Source: Candidatus Arcticimaribacter sp. (GTDB lineage: Bacteria; Bacteroidota; Bacteroidia; Flavobacteriales; Flavobacteriaceae). From it: 64,000 nucleotides of DNA. Below the pieces are notes generated by a model. It was not told the origin of the DNA and made no database searches. It saw only the letters and a list, made by a program, of their open reading frames with translations. Positions 12,217-21,849 of the stretch are shown here, piece after piece. The stretch covers positions 28,176 through 92,175 of the forward strand of contig CBFHVC010000004.1 of the NCBI GenBank assembly GCA_965659515.1. The letters run 5' to 3'. Within the stretch, counting starts at the first letter, position 1; every line of letters starts with the position of its first letter. The position numbers and the translations under genes are program-made.

Positions 12217-13407
12217 ATGCCGAAAACTGTTATTGTTGGACTTTCTGGAGGAGTAGATTCTAGTGTTGCTGCCTATTTGTTAAAAGAACAAGGCTATAAT
12301 GTGATTGGGCTTTTTATGAAGAATTGGCACGATGAAAGCGTGACCATTTCTGCAGAATGCCCATGGCTAGAAGACAGCAATGACGCCCTTATTGTGGCAG
12401 AAAAATTAGGGATTCCTTTTCAAACAGTTGATTTAAGCGCCCAATACAAAGAACGTATTGTGGACTATATGTTTGAAGAGTATAAAAATGGAAGAACGCC
12501 CAATCCAGATGTACTGTGTAATCGCGAAATTAAGTTCGATGTGTTTTTAGACATCGCCCTTTCTTTGGGCGCAGATTTTGTCGCCACGGGGCATTACTGC
12601 CAGCGTCAAACCACACTTGTAGATGGAAAAGAAACCCATCAATTACTCGCTGGAGCAGACGCCAACAAAGACCAATCCTATTTTCTTTGTCAGCTCACCC
12701 AATCGCAATTGTCTAAAGTACTTTTTCCCATTGGGCATTTGCAAAAAGCAGCGGTTCGCGAAATTGCGGCACAACAAGATTTAATTACTGCAGATAAAAA
12801 AGATTCTCAAGGTTTGTGTTTTATCGGGAAAGTCCGCTTGCCCGAATTTCTTCAGCAACAACTGGCCCCCAAAAAGGGAAATATTGTTGAAATCCCTACC
12901 GACTTTAACGCCTATCATTCTGCACCAAAAGAATTTGATACCACACTGGAAATGCTGCACCATCACGCAGCAAAAATCCAATATAGTTCAGCCGATGGAA
13001 AGATTGTAGGCGCCCATGAAGGCGCGCATTATTTCACAAAGGGACAACGCAAAGGTTTAGGAGTAGGCGGGACAGTTGAGCCACTTTTTGTACTCGATAC
13101 GGATGTTACTTCAAATGTGATTTATACCGGACAAGGAAAAGGGCATCCGGGTTTATACCGTAAAGGACTTCTGGTTAAACCAAATGACATTCATTGGGTA
13201 AGAGAAGACCTTCGTTTAAACATTGGTGATAAAATGGAGGTAATGGCCAGGATTCGTTACCGTCAACCTTTAGAAAAAGCCACCCTTTTTAGCGAAAAAG
13301 AAGGTCTCTTTGTCTTATTTGACCGCCCACAGTCTGCTATCGCAGAAGGGCAATTTGTCGCTTGGCATCAAGGAAAGGAATTATTGGGCTCTGGTGTTAT
13401 TGCTTAA
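12217..13407 (+). CDS. mnmA: tRNA 2-thiouridine(34) synthase MnmA
   Basis: PP-loop [27 protein letters not shown] and KDQSYFLC motifs. 396 aa. Confidence 0.95.
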   Translation: MPKTVIVGLSGGVDSSVAAYLLKEQGYNVIGLFMKNWHDESVTISAECPWLEDSNDALIVAEKLGIPFQTVDLSAQYKERIVDYMFEEYKNGRTPNPDVLCNREIKFDVFLDIALSLGADFVATGHYCQRQTTLVDGKETHQLLAGADANKDQSYFLCQLTQSQLSKVLFPIGHLQKAAVREIAAQQDLITADKKDSQGLCFIGKVRLPEFLQQQLAPKKGNIVEIPTDFNAYHSAPKEFDTTLEMLHHHAAKIQYSSADGKIVGAHEGAHYFTKGQRKGLGVGGTVEPLFVLDTDVTSNVIYTGQGKGHPGLYRKGLLVKPNDIHWVREDLRLNIGDKMEVMARIRYRQPLEKATLFSEKEGLFVLFDRPQSAIAEGQFVAWHQGKELLGSGVIA

Positions 13408-14636
13408 ACAGCAGTGACTCCCTTGATTATCGCCGTATCTAATTCAATTTGATTGCGTAAGATGTCATCAAAGTTTTCTTGTTTACGAATCAAATGCGCT
13501 TCTTCATTTAACCAAAAAACTTCTGCTGGGCGATAACGCGAGTTGTAATTACTTGCCATTGTTTGGCAATAAGCGCCTGCATTTTGAAACGCCAAATAGT
13601 CTCCTTCGCTTATTTCGGCAATTTTGCGATTACTGCCAAAAGTATCCGTTTCACAAATATAACCCACCACGGAATAGAACCGTTCTCTCCCAGAGGGATT
13701 TGAAATATTGATGATTTCATGATGAGAGCCGTAAAGCATAGGGCGAATTAGATGATTAAACCCGCTGTCTACTTGTGCAAATACAGTTGAGGTGGTTTGT
13801 TTTACCACATTTACTTTTGTTAAGAAATATCCCGCTTGACTGACCAAGAATTTACCTGGCTCAAACGCAAGGGTTAATTCGCGTCCATATTCCGCGCAAA
13901 AGTGGTTGAATTTCTCTGTTAGTTTTTCCCCTAACTCTTCAATATTGGTTTCAATATCCCCTAATTTATACGGAACTTTAAAACCAGAACCGAAATCAAT
14001 AAAAGACAAATCTTTAAAGTTTTTGGCTGTTTCAAATAAGATTTCTGTCGCGTGTAAGAATACATCAATGTCTAGAATATCACTTCCGGTGTGCATATGA
14101 ATTCCATTGATATTCATTTGGGTATTTTCGGTAATGCGCAATAAATGCGGAATCTGATGAATGGAAATGCCAAATTTTGAATCGATATGTCCAACCGATA
14201 TATTGCTATTCCCCCCTGCCATAACATGAGGGTTAATGCGAATACAAACAGGTGTTTCAGGGTATTTACTCCCAAATTGTTCTAAAATGGATAGGTTGTC
14301 GATATTGATTTGCACGCCCAATTTAGCGACTTCCTCAATTTCACTTAAGGAAACCCCATTTGGGGTAAAAATAATGGTGGCAGGATCAAAACCTGCGGCA
14401 AGGCCTAATTTTACTTCTTGAATAGAAACTGTATCTAAGCCAGCGCCTAGCGATTGAATGTATTTTAAAATGGAAATATTATTCAATGCTTTTGTGGCAT
14501 AGTGCAGGCGCAATTGTTTTACTCCTTTAAAGGCATTGGTTAAGCGTTCGTATTGTGCTTTGATTCTATTGGCATCATAGACGTAAACAGGCCCATTGGC
14601 CTGCTGCGCTATTTGAAGTAAAGCGGCATTGTTCAT
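13404..14636 (-). CDS. lysA: Diaminopimelate decarboxylase (Orn/DAP/Arg decarboxylase family 2)
   Basis: 410 aa. It has the PLP-lysine context HYATKALNN, then HMHTGS, EPGKFLV and [14 protein letters not shown]. The length and motifs fit LysA. Confidence 0.82.
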   Translation of the reverse strand: MNNAALLQIAQQANGPVYVYDANRIKAQYERLTNAFKGVKQLRLHYATKALNNISILKYIQSLGAGLDTVSIQEVKLGLAAGFDPATIIFTPNGVSLSEIEEVAKLGVQINIDNLSILEQFGSKYPETPVCIRINPHVMAGGNSNISVGHIDSKFGISIHQIPHLLRITENTQMNINGIHMHTGSDILDIDVFLHATEILFETAKNFKDLSFIDFGSGFKVPYKLGDIETNIEELGEKLTEKFNHFCAEYGRELTLAFEPGKFLVSQAGYFLTKVNVVKQTTSTVFAQVDSGFNHLIRPMLYGSHHEIINISNPSGRERFYSVVGYICETDTFGSNRKIAEISEGDYLAFQNAGAYCQTMASNYNSRYRPAEVFWLNEEAHLIRKQENFDDILRNQIELDTAIIKGVTAV

Positions 14637-14650
14637 TCCTATTTTTTTTT

Positions 14651-14658
14651 CAAAAGTA
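14651..14658 (-). promoter_or_regulatory. -7 box (TACTTTTG) upstream of lysA
   Basis: Exact TAnnTTTG on the minus strand, 14 nt before the ATG at 14636, in a divergent intergenic region. Confidence 0.5.
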
Positions 14659-14774
14659 ACAACTTCAAACTAATAAAAAAGGGCTTCTGAAGATAAAATT
14701 TAAAATATCAAAAAATGTTATAAATAAAACAAAACCTTTTTTTAAACCTTATAGGTAACTCGGCTTTCTTTTTT

Positions 14775-14782
14775 TATTTTTG
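14775..14782 (+). promoter_or_regulatory. -7 box (TATTTTTG) upstream of sucC
   Basis: Exact TAnnTTTG, 21 nt before ATG 14804, with an A-rich leader. Confidence 0.5.
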
Positions 14783-14803
14783 TTCAACGAAAACAAACCA
14801 GAA

Positions 14804-15997
14804 ATGAATTTACACGAATATCAAGGAAAAGAAATATTGGCCAGCTTTGGTGTAGGAATCCAACGTGGAATTGTTGCTGAAACTGCTGAAGAAGCCGTTG
14901 CTGCTGCAAAATCGCTAACAGAAACAACCGGAACAGGTTGGCACGTTATCAAGGCGCAAATCCATGCAGGTGGACGCGGAAAAGGAGGCGGTGTTAAACT
15001 GGCTAAAAACCTTGATGAAGTTAAAAATATCGCAGACCAAATTATCGGAATGCAACTCATTACCCCACAAACCCCTCCGGCTGGAAAGCCAGTTCACCAG
15101 GTTTTAGTGGCAGAAGATGTATATTATCCTGGAGAATCAGAAACAAGTGAAATCTATGTTTCGGTTTTACTCAACCGTGCAACGGGCAAAAATATGATTA
15201 TGTATTCTACCGAAGGGGGAATGGATATCGAAACTGTAGCAGAAGAGACTCCGCATTTAATCTTTACGGAAGAAATTGATCCAGCTTTAGGAATTCAAGG
15301 TTTTCAAGCGCGTAAAGTAGCGTTTAACCTTGGTCTTAGCGGAAAGGCATTTAAGGAAATGACCAAATTTATCACTGCATTATACACTGCATATGTGGCG
15401 TCTGATTCTTCTTTGTTTGAGATTAACCCCGTATTAAAGACTTCAGACGACCGTATTATTGCGGTTGACGCTAAAGTAACTTTAGACGATAACGCGCTCT
15501 ATCGCCACAAAGACTATATAGAATTACGCGATAAGCGCGAAGAAAATCCCATCGAAGTAGAAGCAGGGGAAGTTGGTCTAAACTATGTTGATTTAGATGG
15601 TAATGTTGGCTGTATGGTTAACGGTGCTGGACTTGCTATGGCTACCATGGATTTGATTAAACAAGCCGGAGGTGCTCCAGCCAACTTTTTAGATGTTGGT
15701 GGTACAGCAGACGCGGCTCGTGTTGAAACAGCTTTCCGTATTATCTTAAAAGATCCTGGCGTTGAGGCTATCTTAGTCAATATCTTTGGTGGAATTGTTC
15801 GCTGCGACCGTGTTGCACAAGGAATTGTAGATGCTTATAAAAACATGGGAGATGCCATCAAGGTACCTATTATTGTGCGTTTACAAGGAACAAATGCAGA
15901 TATCGCAAAAGAATTAATCGATCAATCTGGACTGAACGTACTCTCGGCAACAGCCTTTCAAGAGGCGGCTGATAAAGTGCAAGAAGCCATCGCTTAA
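14804..15997 (+). CDS. sucC: ADP-forming succinate--CoA ligase, beta subunit
   Basis: The canonical MNLHEYQGKEIL begins at ATG 14804; the track start 14780 is an upstream TTG. Also present are the ATP-grasp segment and INIFGGIVRCD. Confidence 0.95.
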   Translation: MNLHEYQGKEILASFGVGIQRGIVAETAEEAVAAAKSLTETTGTGWHVIKAQIHAGGRGKGGGVKLAKNLDEVKNIADQIIGMQLITPQTPPAGKPVHQVLVAEDVYYPGESETSEIYVSVLLNRATGKNMIMYSTEGGMDIETVAEETPHLIFTEEIDPALGIQGFQARKVAFNLGLSGKAFKEMTKFITALYTAYVASDSSLFEINPVLKTSDDRIIAVDAKVTLDDNALYRHKDYIELRDKREENPIEVEAGEVGLNYVDLDGNVGCMVNGAGLAMATMDLIKQAGGAPANFLDVGGTADAARVETAFRIILKDPGVEAILVNIFGGIVRCDRVAQGIVDAYKNMGDAIKVPIIVRLQGTNADIAKELIDQSGLNVLSATAFQEAADKVQEAIA

Positions 15998-16105
15998 GAC
16001 ATACTGTCAGTATTTTTCCTGTTTTTAATGACACAATGACATTTTAATTTCATTGGTATAGCTTTTGCCTTTTTGGTAGACGTATAACCTTTAAAATTAT
16101 TTGTT

Positions 16106-16531
16106 ATGAGTTTAGTTAGATTTACCCACAGTCCAATGTCTTCTTTTTTAGACGAATTTTTTACAGCCGACTGGCCTATCCGTAGAAATACTTTTACAGG
16201 ATCGGTTCCAGCGGTCAATGTAGAGGAAGGCGAGAAAGCGTTTTCTCTCTCTTTAGCCGTTCCCGGAAAAAGCAAAGATGACTTTGACATTGAAGTGGAC
16301 AAGGACGTACTGTCTGTTAGCGCGAATACCCAAGATAACTATGAAAATACTGCAGAACGCTACACCCGTAGAGAGTTTAGCTATCAGTCTTTTAAGCGAT
16401 CATTCACCCTTCCAGATAGTATTGATACCACTAAAATTAAGGCAAAATATACCGATGGAATTTTAACCATCGATTTGCCTAAACGCAAAGAGGCCCTGCC
16501 TCAACCAACAAAAAGAATTGCTATAGAATAA
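16106..16531 (+). CDS. Hsp20/alpha-crystallin family small heat-shock protein
   Basis: 141 aa with an alpha-crystallin domain: PAVNVEEGEKAFSLSLAVPGKSKDDFDIEVDKDVLSV ... SFTLPDSID ... KAKYTDGILTIDLPK. Confidence 0.9.
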   Translation: MSLVRFTHSPMSSFLDEFFTADWPIRRNTFTGSVPAVNVEEGEKAFSLSLAVPGKSKDDFDIEVDKDVLSVSANTQDNYENTAERYTRREFSYQSFKRSFTLPDSIDTTKIKAKYTDGILTIDLPKRKEALPQPTKRIAIE

Positions 16532-16556
16532 GGATTAATTATTTGTTTTTGTTGGA

Positions 16557-16590
16557 AATCGGCTCCCAAGGGAGCCGATTTTTTATTTTT
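16557..16590 (+). terminator. Rho-independent terminator of hsp20
   Basis: A perfect 10-bp stem AATCGGCTCC (16557-16566) / GGAGCCGATT (16571-16580) with loop CAAG, followed by TTTTATTTTT. It begins 25 nt after the hsp20 stop. Confidence 0.85.
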
Positions 16591-16724
16591 AGCCCTGTTT
16601 AAATCAGTTTTATTTAGCGCTTTGTAATGTTCTTTCTGTTTCTGTGTTTTTTGAGGACTCCTTACAGAATAGTTTTTTTTATTGCTCGACGAATTGCGTA
16701 CATTTAGCTAAAATCCTATTTGCT

Positions 16725-18215
16725 ATGCACAAACACTTTGTTTCTCTCACGCTACTTTTATTTTTTGCCTTTTCTAATACAGAAGCGCAAAACAGAAGCT
16801 TACCGATCGATACCTTAGTGGTTACGACCCATAAAACGACCATTAAAGGACAAAGCATTAGTTATCGTGCTGAAACAGGAACACAACCCGTTTGGAACGA
16901 AAAAGGGCAGCCCATGGCTTCCTTATTCTATACCTATTATCGCAGAACCAATGTTAATAAAGCCAACGAACGTCCATTGATTTTTTCCTTCAATGGCGGT
17001 CCCGGGTCAGCCTCTGTTTGGATGCATGTTGCCTATACCGGCCCACGCATTTTGAATATTGATGATGAAGGTTATCCCGTTCAGCCGTATGGCTTTAAAG
17101 CAAATCCCTATTCGATTCTAGATGTGGCCGATATTGTCTTTATCAATCCTGTTAATACGGGCTATTCTAGAATGGTTGAAGTAGAGGGTCAAATGCCAGA
17201 CAAAGCGCAATTTTTCGGCATTAATGCAGATATTAAATACTTGGCAGAGTGGATGACTACTTTTGTCAATAGAAAGCAACGCTGGGAAGCACCCAAATAT
17301 TTAATTGGGGAAAGTTACGGAGGAACCCGCGTAATGGGTTTATCTCTTGCTTTGCAAAATCAGCAATGGATGTACCTCAATGGTGTGATTATGGTTTCTC
17401 CTGCAGATTATAAAACCCTGCGCACTGGGGGGCCGGTTGCCTCTTCTTTAAACTTACCTTATTTCACCGCTGCAGCATGGTACCACAAACAATTACCAGC
17501 AGCACTTCAGCAAAAAGACCTCTTAGAAGTATTGCCTGATGCCGAGGCCTTTGCGGTTAATGAATTGCTGCCAACCATGGCAAAAGGTGGTTTTATTGAC
17601 AAAGAAGAAAGACAATTAATGGCGGATAAAATGGCCTATTATTCTGGCATTGATGCCCGTGTTTTATTGCAACATAACCTTGACTTACCCACCCGTTATT
17701 TTTGGAAAGAGCTTTTACGAGAAGAAGGCAAGACCATTGGTCGTCTAGATTCTCGCTATTTGGGTATTGACAAAAAAGAAACTGGAGATGCACCAGATTA
17801 CAGTGCTGAATTAACTTCTTGGTTGCATTCTTTTACCCCAGCAATTAATCATTACCTGCGAAAAGAGCTCAAATTTAAAACTGACATCAAATACAATATG
17901 TTTGGCCCGGTGCGTCCGTGGAATAACGAAAACGACAATACCCGCGATAATTTACGTCAGGCGATGGCGCAAAACCCCTACTTGTATGTCATGACCCAAT
18001 CGGGCTATTACGATGGAGCAACTACTTATTTTGCTGCCAAGTATTCTCAATGGCAAATGGATCCTAGTGGAAAACTACGCGACCGTTTTTCCTTTAAAGG
18101 CTATCGCAGTGGGCATATGATGTATTTGCGCAAAGCCGATTTAGAACGCGCCAATGAAGATCTTCGAGCCTTCTTAAAGTTGTCTAATCCTAAAGGAAAA
18201 CCGGCCAAGTATTAA
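16725..18215 (+). CDS. S10-family serine carboxypeptidase-like peptidase, secreted
   Basis: I prefer the start at ATG 16725 (MHKHFVSLTLLLFFAFSNTEAQ signal peptide). The NGGPGSAS and catalytic-Ser GESYGG motifs are characteristic of peptidase S10. Confidence 0.75.
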   Translation: MHKHFVSLTLLLFFAFSNTEAQNRSLPIDTLVVTTHKTTIKGQSISYRAETGTQPVWNEKGQPMASLFYTYYRRTNVNKANERPLIFSFNGGPGSASVWMHVAYTGPRILNIDDEGYPVQPYGFKANPYSILDVADIVFINPVNTGYSRMVEVEGQMPDKAQFFGINADIKYLAEWMTTFVNRKQRWEAPKYLIGESYGGTRVMGLSLALQNQQWMYLNGVIMVSPADYKTLRTGGPVASSLNLPYFTAAAWYHKQLPAALQQKDLLEVLPDAEAFAVNELLPTMAKGGFIDKEERQLMADKMAYYSGIDARVLLQHNLDLPTRYFWKELLREEGKTIGRLDSRYLGIDKKETGDAPDYSAELTSWLHSFTPAINHYLRKELKFKTDIKYNMFGPVRPWNNENDNTRDNLRQAMAQNPYLYVMTQSGYYDGATTYFAAKYSQWQMDPSGKLRDRFSFKGYRSGHMMYLRKADLERANEDLRAFLKLSNPKGKPAKY

Positions 18216-19711
18216 TTCGTTGTAAAAGCTTTGATCGCCTTATTGGGTTCCATAATCGTATAGCCTTCCCAGAAATTGGGGTCGTAACGGTCTCTTTTTT
18301 CAGCTTTAAATTGTTTGTTTTCATCTAGGGCCTCAAAAGCCTTAGCCGTTATTTTTTGGTTGTCAAAGACCACTAAAGTAACCCTGCTGGTTTGGTCTAA
18401 TTTAAAGTCGATTCTTCCGCTTAATTCATTTTGTTTGCGGCGGCCTTTTACATATTTATTTTTTTCTAAAATCTTAATCGGTCGTTTAATACCGGTGCGA
18501 AATTGTGTTTCTACCTTCAGGTATTGCAGCTGATATTTGTCTTCTTTAAAGCGATCAAACTTTAATTGCACTTTTCTGCCATAGGCATCATAAGAAAGCC
18601 CCAACAAAGAAAAATCTCGAATAGAACTTACATTCTCATAGTTCATTTGAATTAAGCTATACTGGTCTGCTTCGATATAAAGGATTCCCTTGTATTTTCC
18701 TTTTTTGCCATTGGGTTGAAAGCGAATCACATAAACAGGGATGCCATCCATATAAGTGAAATTCACGATTTCATAAGCGTACAAGTGGCTTTTTTTTAAG
18801 ACATTCATATTCATTCCATCCCGTTTAACGAGGGAAGTAAACAATTCTTTTAGCCGCTTTATTCTTCCGCGATAAAAAGCTTCTTCTTTAGGGAATTCCT
18901 CCTCTTCTTTGTCTTCTACTGCTGCGACTTGCGTGCTGTCTCCTGGTTTTTCAATAATTTCTTCCCGGTCAAGTTTGGTGCTAAATAGGCCAGATTTAAA
19001 CTTGAAATAAGAATTCTCTTTCACGTTTTGATCCAAAACAGCCGTAATCTTATTTTCTATCTGTTCATAGCCTTTTGCATTAACGGTATCGGCGAGTTCT
19101 ACTGCGCGTTTGAGGACAAGTTTCTGTTGCTCTTCGGTCCAGTCGCCATAAAGTTCCCCATACGATTCTGTATGCCAAGCGTCTTTAGTAGGAATGCTTT
19201 TAAATACAGAATCCCAAAAGGCTTGTTTGAATTCTTTTATGGTGGCTTTCTTTACCTTCAGTTCCCTTTGAACCCATCTTTGGTAGAAGGATTCTCTCAA
19301 GAAAAAAGTCTTTTTTGTAAGCGATAAATCATATTTCTCCCGCACCCTTTCCCGTGCTTTTTTAATGAGCTGCAAGGCACTTAAATTATTTTGCGATAGA
19401 ATTACAGCATCAAGTTCTATTGCCTTAGGCGATAACAGCAGTAAGGAGTCTGTTATTTTTTCAATGGCTTCGCCAAAAACATCAAAGCCCATACAAGAGA
19501 TAAAGAGGGAATCTTCTGCGGCAAAGGCAATGGGTTTACTCAAACGAAAAACCCCTTCTTCATTGCTAATGGCATTTTCCCCAAAGTTGGTTAACACCGT
19601 TGCAAAAGGAATGGGTTCTTGTGTCAGACTATCTTGTAATCTCAGGTTGATTTCTTGCCCTTGCAGGCGAAAAATAAGCAAGCAAAACAAAAGTAAGAGC
19701 TGAACTCGCAT
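18212..19711 (-). CDS. Carboxypeptidase-regulatory-like domain-containing protein (function unknown)
   Basis: 499 aa. A signal peptide is followed by an N-terminal beta-sandwich-like segment, LRLQDSLTQEPIPFATVLTNFGENAISNEEGVFRL, typical of the CarboxypepD_reg-like domain. The rest has no motif I recognise. Confidence 0.5.
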   Translation of the reverse strand: MRVQLLLLFCLLIFRLQGQEINLRLQDSLTQEPIPFATVLTNFGENAISNEEGVFRLSKPIAFAAEDSLFISCMGFDVFGEAIEKITDSLLLLSPKAIELDAVILSQNNLSALQLIKKARERVREKYDLSLTKKTFFLRESFYQRWVQRELKVKKATIKEFKQAFWDSVFKSIPTKDAWHTESYGELYGDWTEEQQKLVLKRAVELADTVNAKGYEQIENKITAVLDQNVKENSYFKFKSGLFSTKLDREEIIEKPGDSTQVAAVEDKEEEEFPKEEAFYRGRIKRLKELFTSLVKRDGMNMNVLKKSHLYAYEIVNFTYMDGIPVYVIRFQPNGKKGKYKGILYIEADQYSLIQMNYENVSSIRDFSLLGLSYDAYGRKVQLKFDRFKEDKYQLQYLKVETQFRTGIKRPIKILEKNKYVKGRRKQNELSGRIDFKLDQTSRVTLVVFDNQKITAKAFEALDENKQFKAEKRDRYDPNFWEGYTIMEPNKAIKAFTTN

Positions 19712-19750
19712 ATTGTGTTTTAAATATGTGTCTTTAAAAACTGTGTTTTG

Positions 19751-21739
19751 TTACAGCTGTTCTTGCAAGCTTTTGATTTCATCCCGCAAGCGTGCCGCTT
19801 CAATAAAGTCGAGTTCTTTGGCGGCTTTTTCCATGGCCTTTCTCACATCGCGTACCCTTTGTTCTATCTGGGGTTTAGTCAAATATCGGGTCGCTTCTTC
19901 GGCGGCTTTACGTTCTGCTTTTTCTTGGGCATAGGTAGCAACAGAATTTGTTGAAAGCGCATTGTCCAAAGATTTGTTCAAGGCCTTTGGCACTTGGTTG
20001 TGCTTTTTATTGTAGGCCATTTGTTTGTCTCTGCGATAATTGGTTCCATCAATGGTTTCTTGCATTGAGCGGGTTATTTTATCGGCATACATAATGGCGA
20101 GGCCGTTAATATTTCTCGCTGCCCGACCTACAGTTTGGGTTAAAGAGCGGTTAGAACGTAAGAAGCCTTCCTTGTCTGCATCTAAAATGGCGACCAGAGA
20201 GACTTCGGGTAAATCTAGGCCTTCGCGCAACAGGTTAACCCCAATTAAAACATCAAAGATACCTTTTCGCAGGTCTTGCATAATTTCAACCCGTTCAAGG
20301 GTATCAACATCACTGTGAATATAGCGACAGCGTATTTGAATTCGACTCATGTATTTGGTCAACTCTTCCGCCATTCGCTTTGTTAAGGTTGTCACCAGTG
20401 TACGCTCGTCTTTTTCGACCCTTTGTTGAATTTCTTCGATTAAATCGTCAATCTGATTTTCACTGGGGCGTACTTCAATCACCGGATCCAGTAAGCCAGT
20501 TGGGCGAATAATTTGTTCTACAAAAATCCCTTCTGACTTTTCTAATTCATAATCTGCAGGCGTAGCACTTACATACATGACCTGGTTTTGTAGGCCCTCA
20601 AATTCCTCAAATTTCAATGGTCTATTGTCCATGGCTGCCGGTAAACGAAAGCCGTATTCCACTAGATTTTCTTTCCTACTTCGGTCTCCACCATACATGG
20701 CATGAACTTGTGAAACAGTTACGTGACTTTCGTCAATAACCATTAGATAATCGTCTGGAAAATAATCCAAAAGACAGAAAGGACGCGTGCCAGGGGCTCT
20801 TCCGTCGAGGTAGCGAGAGTAGTTTTCAATCCCAGAACAATAGCCCAATTCACGAATCATTTCTAAATCAAAATTGGTGCGTTCCTCAAGGCGCTTGGCT
20901 TCAAGGGGTTTTCCGACTTCGCGGAAGAAGTCGATCTGCTTTACCAAATCATCTTGAATTTGATGAATGGCATTTTGCAGCACATCGGGCGAGGTTACAA
21001 ACATATTGGCAGGGTAGATATTCAGCCGTTCATATTTTTCAATCGATTGATTACTAATGGGGTCAAAGGCTTCAATCTCTTCAATCTCATCACCGAAAAA
21101 GTGAACCCGGAAAGCCGTATCGGCATAACTGGGGAAGATATCTACCACATCGCCTTTTACGCGAAAATTACCATGGTTAAAATCAGCTGTGGTGCGCGAG
21201 TATAAACTTTGCACAAGTTGGTGCAAGAGTTTGGTGCGCGAAATGACTTGATCTTGTTCAATGGTAATCACATTTTTTTGAAATTCTACCGGGTTTCCTA
21301 TACCGTATAAACAAGAAACAGAAGCGACGACCAAAACATCGCGTCGCCCCGAAAGTAATGAAGAAGTCGTACTGAGCCGAAGTTTTTCAATTTCTTCGTT
21401 GATCGAAAGATCCTTTTCGATATACGTTCCAGAAACGGGGATATACGCCTCGGGCTGGTAGTAGTCGTAGTAAGAAACAAAATACTCCACCGCATTATTA
21501 GGGAAGAACTGTTTGAATTCAGAATACAGCTGTGCCGCAAGGGTTTTGTTGTGGGCAAGGACAAGGGTAGGGCGTTGTAGGTTTTTTACCACATTTGCCA
21601 CGGTAAAGGTTTTTCCAGACCCAGTTACTCCTTGAAGGGTCATGAATTTTTCTTGTCCCTTAAAGCCTTCGCACAATTGTTGAATGGCTTGTGGCTGGTC
21701 TCCTGTAGGAGAAAATGCTGATTCTAGTTGAAATGACAT
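19751..21739 (-). CDS. uvrB: Excinuclease ABC subunit B
   Basis: Walker A GVTGSGKTF, helicase motifs and the C-terminal UVR domain (AAKELDFIEAARLRDEIKSLQEQL). I prefer the start at MSFQLESAFSPTGDQP (ATG 21739); the track start is 21769. Confidence 0.96.
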   Translation of the reverse strand: MSFQLESAFSPTGDQPQAIQQLCEGFKGQEKFMTLQGVTGSGKTFTVANVVKNLQRPTLVLAHNKTLAAQLYSEFKQFFPNNAVEYFVSYYDYYQPEAYIPVSGTYIEKDLSINEEIEKLRLSTTSSLLSGRRDVLVVASVSCLYGIGNPVEFQKNVITIEQDQVISRTKLLHQLVQSLYSRTTADFNHGNFRVKGDVVDIFPSYADTAFRVHFFGDEIEEIEAFDPISNQSIEKYERLNIYPANMFVTSPDVLQNAIHQIQDDLVKQIDFFREVGKPLEAKRLEERTNFDLEMIRELGYCSGIENYSRYLDGRAPGTRPFCLLDYFPDDYLMVIDESHVTVSQVHAMYGGDRSRKENLVEYGFRLPAAMDNRPLKFEEFEGLQNQVMYVSATPADYELEKSEGIFVEQIIRPTGLLDPVIEVRPSENQIDDLIEEIQQRVEKDERTLVTTLTKRMAEELTKYMSRIQIRCRYIHSDVDTLERVEIMQDLRKGIFDVLIGVNLLREGLDLPEVSLVAILDADKEGFLRSNRSLTQTVGRAARNINGLAIMYADKITRSMQETIDGTNYRRDKQMAYNKKHNQVPKALNKSLDNALSTNSVATYAQEKAERKAAEEATRYLTKPQIEQRVRDVRKAMEKAAKELDFIEAARLRDEIKSLQEQL

Positions 21740-21827
21740 AGTGCTTTTTCGAACTTTAAATTTAACCATTATTCCCTCATTTTAAGGGGTTCTTTTAGAA
21801 TTCTTAAGCAGATCTTAAAAAAGACGC

Positions 21828-21835
21828 TACCTTTG
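21828..21835 (+). promoter_or_regulatory. -7 box (TACCTTTG) upstream of the hypothetical gene at 21850
   Basis: Exact TAnnTTTG, 14 nt before the ATG. Confidence 0.5.
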
Positions 21836-21849
21836 AGAAAAGCACCGTT

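Noticed and set aside
12045-12263. A 72-aa ORF bridging the yidC 3' end and the mnmA 5' end.
   Set aside because: It overlaps two well-supported genes in alternative frames, and its lysine/arginine-rich translation reflects the A-rich yidC tail.
14637-14803. Possible lysine riboswitch or other leader upstream of lysA in the 167-bp divergent gap.
   Set aside because: -7 boxes for lysA and sucC sit 14 nt and 21 nt from their ATGs, leaving very short leaders. The remainder is AT-rich spacer with no conserved helices that I can fold by eye.
16001-16017. Hairpin ATACTG-T-CAGTAT followed by TTTT just after the sucC stop, as a terminator.
   Set aside because: The usable stem is only ~5 AT-rich bp with a 3-nt loop, too weak to call. 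It may still contribute to termination.
19365-19703. Antisense or nested ORFs of 60-134 aa inside long genes. Examples are 19365..19703 +, 36030..36377 +, 60861..61265 +, 32684..33004 +, 46436..46762 + and 31580..31903 -.
   Set aside because: Each lies entirely within a longer ORF on the opposite strand or in another frame that has clear family motifs. Their translations are low-complexity or Cys/Phe-rich with no recognisable motifs, which is typical of shadow ORFs.
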